From: Flectonema sp. DT1601
Taxonomy: Eukaryota
Direction of reading: 5' to 3'
DNA: 64,000 bases
Assembly (NCBI GenBank): GCA_964019425.1
Contig: OZ025797.1
Location: 1,054,001 to 1,118,000, forward strand
Shown here: positions 9,663-19,724 of the stretch, piece by piece
Position numbering within the stretch: the stretch's first letter is position 1
How the letters are laid out: the number at the start of each line of letters is the position of its first letter
Position numbers and translations under genes: made by a program
The notes under the pieces: model-generated
Database searches by the model: none
Told to the model about the DNA's origin: nothing
Seen by the model: only the letters and a program-made list of their open reading frames with translations

Positions 9663-9734
9663 TCAGTCACCATGGTATCTGTTCAAGAGGGTTCAGTGTT
9701 AAAAAGCTCGTTTGGTAATTATTGAAATCATCAT
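9663..9734 (-). ncRNA. U36/snR47-like box C/D snoRNA, copy 6
   Basis: Same boxes and guides; full AUGAUGA box C. Confidence 0.88.
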
Positions 9735-9906
9735 CTGATCAAGATCAAGACTGTGATACAGACGTACGGCAACTACTTCAGACTACAACAAGGCCAAAGG
9801 GAAACAGGTAGGCTGCTCAGATGGAATAGCAGAAGTAAGCCACAATCACATTGTTGTAGCGGACGGAAGAAGAAGCGTTCACAATTCAGGACAGAGCCGT
9901 AAGTAA

Positions 9907-9979
9907 TCAGTTACCATGGTATCTTTTCAAGAGGGTTCAGTGTTAAAAAGCTCGTTTAGGTAATTATTGAAATCATCAT
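9907..9979 (-). ncRNA. U36/snR47-like box C/D snoRNA, copy 7
   Basis: Same boxes and guides; full AUGAUGA box C. Confidence 0.88.
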
Positions 9980-10827
9980 CTTGAGTGGCACAGCAAGAAG
10001 CACTTCACTAGATCGCAACTACCAACATATTTAAAAATAAACTGCTCAGAGAAAAAACATAAATGAGTACCATCAGTAGCTCATCCTACTGACGTCAACA
10101 ATGAGACACTGAGTGACTAAACCTGACTGGGATCCAGAAGCGCAGATTGAGAGTTAAAAATAAAAATAAAAAAAAAGCAGTGGCTGCCATGTGAAGATAG
10201 AAAAAAAAAATTTTCAGAATCAAAAAAAAAAAAAAGGTTGTAGGTTTTTTTTTGTAAATTGAACCCAATTACATAATATAGGAATTTGATTAATACAAAA
10301 ACGAAGAAATTTGGAAAAAGAAGAAAAAAAAAAGGGGAAAACAAAACATTCAAGACTTAGTTTTTATGCGGGTCAGTAAAGGTCATGGAAGGAAGGTGCT
10401 GATAAACCTCTTATGCAGCAGAGCAAAAGAGAGCGTGGACAGATGTGGTTATCAGCAATGAAGTAGGTCAATACTACCACCGAAATCTTTCAGAAAGAAG
10501 AAAAGAAAACATAAACAGAACAATAAAAATACAAAAAATCACAAGCAATTTCCTAATTATATAAGTCAAAAGTTTTGCTTTGGAGAAAATTTATTCGAAG
10601 GTATAAAATAAAAATAAAGAAGGTAGCAATAAACGAATATTATTTCTTCTCTCGTAGAGCGCATATCACCAGAACGTTAATACAATTCTATGAGTATCTT
10701 CCTTTTTTTTTTTTTTTTTTTTGATACGTTTCTTCTTCTTTTTTTTAAGCAAAAACAAAATATTTCCTTCGTCATGCGTAAATACTTCCCTTTAAGCGAT
10801 GACAGATCACTAGCTAGGGGATTGTTC

Positions 10828-10862
<35 letters not shown>

Positions 10863-10909
10863 CCCTCCCTCGTCTAGAGCACAAGAATACAGAAAGTAAT
10901 TTAATGTTT

Positions 10910-13240
10910 CTATTCCTCGTGATCGACATCAGAGTTTGAGGCAACAATCGCTATCTCAGGTACGGTGACGGATTCATCTACGTGTTCATCTTCGTGTTCC
11001 TCTTCGTCTCTACTCATAAAATTAATATCACGTTCGTCATCACTTGGGTTGATAGTCATCTCATGATCTTCAATGCTCTCATCACCACCACGTTGAACTC
11101 CCGGAGCGAATCCATATCCGCCATTTATATGGTCTCTAGTTAGTTTCCAAGATCGGTATTTACTGCCAGCAAAAAAACCAACAACACACAACAATAATAC
11201 AATAATGATACCAACAACAGGTGCTTTATGACCCTTCGAATGACTAGGAACAATAACAGTTGGTGACGCAGTAGTATCAGGTACTTTAGTTTGAGGTGTT
11301 GTTGTTAGAGGCGTTGTGGTTAACTTTACAGTTGGCGGCATTGGGGTGTCTGGAATATTTGGTGTCTGGCTGCAGGTACCTGTTGAGAGGGTTCCAGCAG
11401 GGCTGCATTGGGCAACCTGGCATAGCATCATAGGAAGTGTTGATAAGGTACAGTGTGATTCATCGCAAGCAGCACACTTGCTGTCTTTAAATATGAAATT
11501 AATAGTATCATCCTGCAGTAATGAAGCAGATGAGAATAGTGAGAAGTACCACAGTCCTGGCTGTGGATACAATATCACTAATTCTTCATCAGCTGTGACT
11601 TGAAATTCTGGGACCTCATCCTCAGATACACGAGAACCAAACTTCGCACGAAGCATGGCATTCTCTGACGTGTGAGTCGCAATGACTAACCTTTGCGTGC
11701 CTAATTTTACTCTTTTACTTACAACATATTCTTTCTCACCTTTTTGCCAAGTTTCTTCTATTGATCTTTCCGTCCCAACATCTTCTGCATATCCACACGA
11801 TACGGCATCGCTACATTCTTTGAATGTTAGTTTAACATTAACTCTGGTCATACTTGATTCAGTGTTTCTGAGTGCAACTCCCCAATAAGGTGATGGAGTT
11901 GGGTTCTTTACTGTGATAGAATCTTTTGATTTGATACCCTCAACTTGTTGAGCAAGCTTTGTTAGATAAGAATCAACAACTACGTTTTGTTCTTGAGCCT
12001 CAGCGTGAAGTGTTACTTCGCTGACATCAGCAGGAAGCTCAAATTGAATGTAGTGGTATCCCTTTGCTGGGACTCCAACTTCTACTGAGTGCACTATTTG
12101 TGTATCATCTAGATCATCCATTAGGAAAGTGTTATCCCATGGATAAATCTCAGTCAGGATACTGTTACAAGGAAATCCACTAAACTTACCTCTACAGTAC
12201 ATTAAGTCAACTGTGACTTTTGGTTTTGAATTCTCAAAGACCGATTTGGTTACGGCAAACCAAAGAGAATTACCACCAAATAGTGGCGGGGAAATCATAA
12301 CATTAGCAGCTTTACTACTCTGAGGAAGACAAGTTATTAATGAATCTAACTGATGAGCTGATCCAGAGATGATGTCAGAGAGTCGAACAGCACCGTTTGA
12401 AGGCGTATCAAAGCTTACGAATATCTCAGTTGGGTCAATTCCAATTATTGATACTGCTTCAACCCTGTTGGTGAATGAGAGCATTGCATGAACGTGATCA
12501 GAATCTTTGGTGTAATCTCCCCATTGGAGAGCTATTCCTTCAACTGTTTCTACATTATCACAATTACCATTTTCAACATAAGTATCACAACGTTCAAGTT
12601 CTGGTTTATTTTTATCAGGTGCTCCACTCCATCCAATAGCACAGGTACATTGACCATGATCACATTCACCATGACCATCACAGTTAGTAGAACATGATCG
12701 ACATTTCTTTGAGAAATCTTCGCAGTAATCACACTGGTCACTGTTTCCAAGAGTATTAGATTTTCTACAAATCTGATCAGTGTAGCACCATCCGCATATC
12801 GGATTAGCAGAACAGTCTTCACATGATTTATTTATCGTACAAGGATCTGGCTCTCTTAAATCTATGCAATCTGGGGCATCTCTGATTAAAGGGCATTCAA
12901 GTTTCGGACAAAACTTGAGACCGTCTTCTCCAGTTATGATATCTGAAAAACTCACTTCATCACAGAATGGTATACCTGGTAGTTTTAACTTGTTGTCTTC
13001 CTCGGTGATTATTTTATCAAATTCATTTTTTCCAACGTTTCCAGTTATTCTAAAAGAAGTATCACACTCTTGCGTTTCAACAAAAAACGGAAATTCGTAG
13101 TTTTTCACGAGTCCTATTTTCCACTTACACTTTCTGCGCAAGACTCCCTCACTCTTTACTTCTACCGGATCACACGTAATCGCATTTCCAGCAGTGCTGG
13201 TCAGTTCTGTAAACAGCGCTAAGGCCAATAATAATCTCAT
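10910..13240 (-). CDS. Type I membrane protein with PSI and EGF-like domains, Thr/Pro-rich stalk, TM helix and acidic tail (776 aa)
   Basis: Signal peptide; SCEDCSANPICGWC (PSI); NCDGHGECDHGQCTCAIGWSG (EGF); VVGIIIVLLLCVVGFFAG (TM). Confidence 0.85.
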   Translation of the reverse strand: MRLLLALALFTELTSTAGNAITCDPVEVKSEGVLRRKCKWKIGLVKNYEFPFFVETQECDTSFRITGNVGKNEFDKIITEEDNKLKLPGIPFCDEVSFSDIITGEDGLKFCPKLECPLIRDAPDCIDLREPDPCTINKSCEDCSANPICGWCYTDQICRKSNTLGNSDQCDYCEDFSKKCRSCSTNCDGHGECDHGQCTCAIGWSGAPDKNKPELERCDTYVENGNCDNVETVEGIALQWGDYTKDSDHVHAMLSFTNRVEAVSIIGIDPTEIFVSFDTPSNGAVRLSDIISGSAHQLDSLITCLPQSSKAANVMISPPLFGGNSLWFAVTKSVFENSKPKVTVDLMYCRGKFSGFPCNSILTEIYPWDNTFLMDDLDDTQIVHSVEVGVPAKGYHYIQFELPADVSEVTLHAEAQEQNVVVDSYLTKLAQQVEGIKSKDSITVKNPTPSPYWGVALRNTESSMTRVNVKLTFKECSDAVSCGYAEDVGTERSIEETWQKGEKEYVVSKRVKLGTQRLVIATHTSENAMLRAKFGSRVSEDEVPEFQVTADEELVILYPQPGLWYFSLFSSASLLQDDTINFIFKDSKCAACDESHCTLSTLPMMLCQVAQCSPAGTLSTGTCSQTPNIPDTPMPPTVKLTTTPLTTTPQTKVPDTTASPTVIVPSHSKGHKAPVVGIIIVLLLCVVGFFAGSKYRSWKLTRDHINGGYGFAPGVQRGGDESIEDHEMTINPSDDERDINFMSRDEEEHEDEHVDESVTVPEIAIVASNSDVDHEE

Positions 13241-13437
13241 ATTTATTTGACGAGGCTATTTGAATGGAAGTTGATTGGAAAAAAATGAAGCATAAAGTAT
13301 TTCCTTTTGCGAGTGAGCTGTCTCCGTGTTTAATGTAATTTAATTTAATAGTTTGTTTGTTTTCCCTGTATTCATGAAAAATATTACTCTGGAAATAAAA
13401 CCAAAAAAAAGAAAAAATAACAACTGTGATGCGAATT

Positions 13438-15888
13438 CTAGTTGTCTTGTGACGAAATACTTGATTTGGTTTGCCCTTTTGAAGTATCTATTCCCTCTTC
13501 TTTTTTGAGAGGGGTTGTAATTTTTTCAATGTATTTCACAATGAGGAATCCAGCTTCAGATACCTTGTCTTCTCTTTGCTGTTCGCTGAGAGTCAGACGA
13601 AGAACTTCAATAATGCCGGCATTAAGACTAACGTTCTCAATCAGTTCATCAACACAACGAGTTAAAATACTACAGAATACTAACTCATCAGAAGACCCAG
13701 CAGTCACAACACAAGCAGACAATGATTGGAGAGGACATATATAATTCGACTCCGTCAGTACTTTAAACTCCGAGACAATATAATTAGTAAGCAGAGTAAT
13801 CACCCTCCCAGTATCACCACGTGCGTCTATACCATCTGAGAACGTGTATTGCATCTGCTGTAGTAGTAACTCATAGTACGTGCTTGAGATGATTAAGAGT
13901 CGAATTAATATTTCGCAAAGTGTAATTTGGTTGTCTTGCGACACATTTCTCAACTCATCACAAATTTTTGGTAGAATTTTTTTTATTAATTTATCTCTCA
14001 AGTTACTACCGCTGTATTGAATAACAATTATCAAACCTTCGCATAATAATCGGATCTTGTTACTAACATCTGTTGTCCCCATTGGTACTGCCCATGAAGA
14101 CGATTTGTCAGCAGTGTTCCACGAAAACAACTCAACCAGATCTTTAAAAAGAATAGAATCAACTTCTAAATACATTAATGATAACAATATATCTGTGACC
14201 AGACGAAGAGGAATAGGATATTCAGATGTTTCTTCTTGCAGGTCTATGTTAAGAATGAGACATACAGATTGAGGTAGAATCTTGTTTTCAATATCAAAGT
14301 CGTCGTCATCGACCGATTGACGTCTTTTTTTATTTATTTTTATATTCTCATTTTCTCTAACGTTGTATTGCTGGTTGATGATTGCTTCTATTTCCCATGA
14401 AAAGGTGGATTTTGTTGGGATTGTTCCCTCGTTTGAATTTGTTTTTATTCTCTTCAATGGTTTCTCTCGTTCTTCACTAATCCACTTACACATAAAAGTA
14501 ATCGTCTCTTCTAAGATTGTAAGAATTTCATAATTATCTATGTGACGTAAGAGATCATGATTAAACCATCGATTTTCCCAAATCTGAAATGCTTGTTCAC
14601 ATAAAAACACCGTCGGTTTACATAATTTCCAAAACGTTATCACAGACACAGCTGATAAAGTGACATTGTCTTTCTTGCAAGGTGATGTCAGATGATTTTC
14701 TTCTATTACTTTGTTATTTAACAAGCACATCAACACTCGCTGATCATCACACGATGTCGACCCGGATAATATCGAATTCTCAAATAATACTTTTGAAGAC
14801 TCCTGCATGACAGGTGCCAGCAGCTTTATGACTTCAATATATGCTGTGATCAGTGCCTTATTAGTTGTCATGTTGCGGATCATACTATTTATAAATATGT
14901 TTGGATCTTGAAGGTACACTCCAATTATGGAGGAGGTGTATGGTCCCCTCTTATCAGATTGTAGTCTGGACAGAGTTAATGTGTTATGAATATGGGTGTT
15001 GGTGGTGTCAATATTGATATTGTCAAAGTTTAATTGCGGTGATAGTGAGAACGACGTACCCAACTCGTCAATTAAAGAATCAGAAATCCTATTTATAAAA
15101 CCGTTCGAAAGGAGGGACACGACCCATGACAAATACATTCCCAACAGTGTTTCGTTCTTTGATTGTTTTATATAGTTGAGATTTAACAAAACAGCATCAG
15201 TAACATTACTGTGTTTATTATGTAATCTTAATTCTTCAATTGTAGTAAGCCAACATTCATAATTCTTTGTAAGAATAGCAACAGGAAGAATAGTGTTTAC
15301 TCTCTCTGGATAGATAGATAAGTGTAGTGATGAATTCCACAGCTGAAGATCAACATCCGAGTTGTCTCCTTTTTCAATTCTGATTTTTGCTTTATTAAAA
15401 TATTCATAAATCGATAATTCCACAAAGTCTTTAACATGCCCACCATCAATTGAGTTTAAATCAGAAAAATATTTAGACCAAGAGCTGTCTGACACTGACA
15501 CTAATCGTAATAAGTCTTTTTGATTGGAAAGGTTTACTTTCGGGATCTCCTGAGACATCGTAATTAGTTCTGCAGAGATGTCTGTATGTTGTAATGTAAG
15601 CATGCAGTGATACGATAATACCTCCCAATCATATTTTTTAATTAATTTAATATAATTAAGATAATTCCAATCATATGACGTTTCCATTGGTATCGGTACA
15701 GCATTTTGTTTTATAAATGTATTTTGAAACAGAATTGCGTGTTTTATCACATCCGGCCCTCTAACGTCACCAACGTCCCCTCCGCTTCTCAAAACATGAC
15801 ACAGCTCACTGTGTACTCTGCAATCTAATTTGCTTAAAGGGTTCCATAATTCACATATTTGTTTGTTGTCCACCCTACGAGGTGGCAT
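13438..15888 (-). CDS. Hypothetical protein, 816 aa (probably helical; NLS-like KKRRQ)
   Basis: Long ORF; TTTTTTCATTCAG acceptor 2 nt before ATG. Confidence 0.8.
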   Translation of the reverse strand: MPPRRVDNKQICELWNPLSKLDCRVHSELCHVLRSGGDVGDVRGPDVIKHAILFQNTFIKQNAVPIPMETSYDWNYLNYIKLIKKYDWEVLSYHCMLTLQHTDISAELITMSQEIPKVNLSNQKDLLRLVSVSDSSWSKYFSDLNSIDGGHVKDFVELSIYEYFNKAKIRIEKGDNSDVDLQLWNSSLHLSIYPERVNTILPVAILTKNYECWLTTIEELRLHNKHSNVTDAVLLNLNYIKQSKNETLLGMYLSWVVSLLSNGFINRISDSLIDELGTSFSLSPQLNFDNINIDTTNTHIHNTLTLSRLQSDKRGPYTSSIIGVYLQDPNIFINSMIRNMTTNKALITAYIEVIKLLAPVMQESSKVLFENSILSGSTSCDDQRVLMCLLNNKVIEENHLTSPCKKDNVTLSAVSVITFWKLCKPTVFLCEQAFQIWENRWFNHDLLRHIDNYEILTILEETITFMCKWISEEREKPLKRIKTNSNEGTIPTKSTFSWEIEAIINQQYNVRENENIKINKKRRQSVDDDDFDIENKILPQSVCLILNIDLQEETSEYPIPLRLVTDILLSLMYLEVDSILFKDLVELFSWNTADKSSSWAVPMGTTDVSNKIRLLCEGLIIVIQYSGSNLRDKLIKKILPKICDELRNVSQDNQITLCEILIRLLIISSTYYELLLQQMQYTFSDGIDARGDTGRVITLLTNYIVSEFKVLTESNYICPLQSLSACVVTAGSSDELVFCSILTRCVDELIENVSLNAGIIEVLRLTLSEQQREDKVSEAGFLIVKYIEKITTPLKKEEGIDTSKGQTKSSISSQDN

Positions 15889-17012
15889 CTCTGAATGAAA
15901 AAATAATTGACCGACTGAAAACTAACGAACCAGATATCAGAACATTACATTGCTCACTGTGTACTCTGCAATGTAATTTGCTTACATGCTGGTTCGATCT
16001 CTGAATGGGGGAAAGAAAAAAATGTAATTTGCATTAAAAATAAATTAATGAAAAAGACGAGGAAAACGAAGAAATGGAATCGAAAACGACGATTTTACTC
16101 AACAAGTTTAAATATAATTATATGTCACTTGTTCAGATAGCTGGAAGAAAAGTTATAAAATAAAATAAAAACACATCGCCCTGCTTCAATTCAACACCGT
16201 GAACTACGTCAATTGGGAACCAAGTCCAGAACTGATGACGACAATCTAAATAACCTAAACCAGTACCCAATCTCAGAGATTGTGTTTTATGGCTTCGGCT
16301 AAAAAGGATCGCCTCCCAGCTGTCAAGAGACTAAGAGGCTAAATAAAAAGAAGGAAACGATGTGGGGGAAGGAGAGATACAACCCGTAATCATGAATACT
16401 CTCGTGTGCCAAATGCTGCCAGAACAGAGCCGGACCGTTCACCCGTAATTGTCCCTAATACTCAAATCGTAAGGGGCTTACTGAAAGCTTTAAAAAGTAC
16501 TACAGAATTTGGCAACACAAATAATTGTAAGAATCAAAAGGAAGCTCAGATAAGACAGTTAGGTTGAGGTCTTACCTGCTCCGTGTCAGATTGAAGTATT
16601 GATTTAACTTAAGACACTTCAATAGAAATATGTTCAACAACTTGACTTGTTTTAGTTGAAATCGGAAGAAGACAAAAGACATGACTCAGCCTGTCAAAAA
16701 AACACAAAAAAAAAAAAAAATGGAAAAAAAAAAAAAAAAAAAGCAAAGGTGGAAGGTATTTTCAATTGCGTATTAACAATTAAAATAAAATATTGTTGAG
16801 AGCAGGAAAGTGTACCGACACACACCACAAAACAACAACTATCCAAAATAAATGGTAAGTTGCAGAACAACCGCAGTATAATTCCCGTTAACGAACAGTA
16901 CTATAATGTCGACGGCTAGAGGAACACATCTCACTAAGAAGATTGTTATGGAGGACTTGATAATGTTAGTTAGTCGGAAAAGATAGGCTAGGGAAGTAGT
17001 AGTTTGTCTTAA

Positions 17013-17495
17013 TTAGTAATATTTTATCAATCGTGAAAAGAAAGATGACGACCAATGAGAACAATTAAAAATAAATAAATTATAAGGAGGGTTCGGGGTG
17101 TCATCAAATACATTATACATATCTGATACAGTACATCTTATTGGTACCTCACCACTACTGCGAACTACATTTCTGTAGCGACCACAGCGGATATGTTTCC
17201 CTGAGGAATTGAACTCCGCAAGAAACGTTTGTTGTGTTTTGCAATTTCGACACTCAGCAGTGCATGAGATACAGTCGTGAGTGTTGTCTTTTATACCACC
17301 GAAAATAACATCTGATAATCCAAGAGTTACTATAAACATACAACAACGGAATACCTCCCACAGGATCCTTAAAAACATCGGAGCGAACGGTACCATTAGA
17401 AATTCAACACCCACAACCTCTATCTGATTAACACTACATCCACATGGTGTTATATCTTTCCAATCGCCGTACACCTCACTTGAAAGGATTCGCAT
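17013..17495 (-). CDS. Permuted papain-like (PPPDE/LRAT-type) peptidase-like protein, 160 aa
   Basis: YNLFIFNCSHWS nucleophile motif with upstream His (THDC); acceptor TTTTCCCTCCAG abuts ATG. Confidence 0.6.
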   Translation of the reverse strand: MRILSSEVYGDWKDITPCGCSVNQIEVVGVEFLMVPFAPMFLRILWEVFRCCMFIVTLGLSDVIFGGIKDNTHDCISCTAECRNCKTQQTFLAEFNSSGKHIRCGRYRNVVRSSGEVPIRCTVSDMYNVFDDTPNPPYNLFIFNCSHWSSSFFSRLIKYY

Positions 17496-17993
17496 CTGGA
17501 GGGAAAATAATAATAATAATAATAAATTAGCATAAAGAAAAGCTTAGCAACACAGTGACAATGGAACCCTTAAAAAAAAAAAAAAGAAAACCCGACTGAA
17601 TACAGTTGAGTTGAGCATTCTTTTTTTTTTTTTCTTTTTTTTTCTTTTTCCTTCTTTTTCCCTCCTCACCGACAATAATTGGTAAATATCATCGGGGCGA
17701 TTAATAAACACAATGTCACATCATAAAAAATAAAATAAAATAAAAAAAAATTGGGTAAATGACAATGCACAAAGATAGTAGAAAAGAAATTATAGCGCAA
17801 CGCAGTTTATAGGGTATAGGGTAAATACATGACCACTACACTAAATCAATGTACAATCCAGTCAGATTCAAACTCTAAGTAGATTAGGGAGGAGAAGGGA
17901 AGGAGACATTGCACTGTAAAGTACGATGTATTTTCACTTGCCCTTTTTTTTTTTTTTCTCTCTTAACTAAATAAACAGGGAACTGAAGTAATT

Positions 17994-18686
17994 TTAATTA
18001 CAAATATCCCAACACCCGGTGCAGGCTCCTTCAGTAAATGGTCCCGCAGGTCTTGGTGGACACAATGAAGGTCCATCGGCGCAACCTATTTGAGTCACGC
18101 AATCATAACGCTCTGCACACTTCATTGATAACAGTGAAGGACAAGACAGAGCTGAACCATCAAATATTGCAAGAGAATTAGCAGGTCGATCCATGTAATA
18201 CGTGTGCTCATCCCCTATCTGAAGTGTTACTTTAAATAAACTTGTTGGATAACTACGAATACCGCTCGGGGAGAATCTTGGTCCACATGGCCACGAAACC
18301 GCATTAGATGCCAGAGTAAGTCGGGAAGTCAAACCTCCATTGTATTCAGTTGAACAACTCCCACAACTTTGAAAGACAATATAATAAACACAGTAAGGTA
18401 GTTCTACAGTATCACATTTTAACTTAAATCCCTGACCAGGAACCAAACACGTATTCGGAATGTAGGCAACAGTATCTTTCAAGAACTGTGGCAGAGGTCC
18501 AAACGACCCGATAGGACCTGAAGCAATATCATCACCTGTCTCTGGAAGATCAATAGCTGTAAACGATGGATCACCTCCACCTCCAGAACTTACTGGAATA
18601 GGAGGAATTGTTTCTGTTCCTGTCGGGATCAGTGGCATCCCAAAGCCAAACGAAATAGCAGCCGTTACGATAATTGGAAGATTCAT
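17994..18686 (-). CDS. Secreted cysteine-rich protein, 230 aa
   Basis: Hydrophobic N-terminus, many Cys; TTTTTTTTCGCAG acceptor upstream. Confidence 0.75.
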   Translation of the reverse strand: MNLPIIVTAAISFGFGMPLIPTGTETIPPIPVSSGGGGDPSFTAIDLPETGDDIASGPIGSFGPLPQFLKDTVAYIPNTCLVPGQGFKLKCDTVELPYCVYYIVFQSCGSCSTEYNGGLTSRLTLASNAVSWPCGPRFSPSGIRSYPTSLFKVTLQIGDEHTYYMDRPANSLAIFDGSALSCPSLLSMKCAERYDCVTQIGCADGPSLCPPRPAGPFTEGACTGCWDICN

Positions 18687-19398
18687 TATTTACAATTCCC
18701 TTTTAATCTGCGAAAAAAAAATAAACAAATAAATAAATAAATATATATGTCGATCACAACATAACTACATAGACTCTCTCATCCCGATGATGGATTTAGG
18801 TGACAACAATAATTGTAGTCACAAGACATCAAAAAAAACAATAACGGTCGTCTTCGGACTAAAAAAATTAGTAAATTGTTTTCTTCTAATTTCCAAATGG
18901 ATAACCCACAGCGACGCAGTATAGATTATTAAACAGGTCTTCTGTGTACTACGCTTTTTTTGATTGCTTGCTAATAAATAGAGTTGCGCATGCATTGTTT
19001 TTCTCTCAAGCAAGAAATCCGTTGAGGACAAAAAAAGGATCCCTTTGGGATTAAGAAGGAAACAAAGGTAGGGGTGAAACTTTGGCAAAAACAGTAACAA
19101 CTTCAGGTATTAAAAACAAAATTAATATCAAGTACTTGACTGAAAAATATTTGTAGTTGTTAATCAAAGAAAAGGTAGGGGGAAATGGAAAAAAAATTAC
19201 AACTTGTAGAATCTGCCAACATTCTTTTTCGTTCTTACAATACTCATTAAATGCAAAAAAAAGAAGGAAAAAATTGGCGAAAAGGGGGAAAAAAAAGGCA
19301 AACACCCGATTTCCGGGCACAAAGAGACCAAAACATACCAAAATAATTACAGAACTAATAACCCGTTTCTGGGCAGCTTTGAAGCATAAAGTGCGTAG

Positions 19399-19437
<39 letters not shown>

Positions 19438-19724
19438 GACAACGAAGGAAAGTAATACCTTTTAAGTACATAAAACAGTAGCGGAGGACTATAACAAGCC
19501 CTCTGTCAGAGGAGAGATTTCATGTGCGGACAGAAAACTAATTTACTTCCCCTCAACATGATGTGATATTTTATAATAACAAAAAACCTCCGAAGAGTTT
19601 GTTGAATACTAAAAAAGAACAATTTTTGAAACAGCTCCGAAACCTGGGCTGTTTATAGTAAAATATAAAAAACATAAAAAACAGTCGATTCGGGTAAATC
19701 ACTGATAGGTACGCGACCTTCAGT

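Larger units (their letters stand above)
8413..9979 (-). repeat. Repeat-spacer array: 7 copies of a ~72-nt C/D snoRNA separated by 6 mostly unique spacers of 120-245 bp
   Basis: Plus-strand unit TCAGT(T/C)ACCATGGTATCTTTTCAAG..GTTCAGTGTTAAAAAGCTCGTTT(A)GGTAATTATTGAAATCATCA at 8413, 8641, 8918, 9109, 9346, 9663, 9907. Confidence 0.95.

Noticed and set aside
8413..9979. CRISPR or TIGR array
   Set aside because: Repeats are ~72 nt with snoRNA boxes and a constant rRNA-antisense guide; spacers are 120-245 bp and irregular; no cas or Nop-domain effector gene in the window; eukaryotic context
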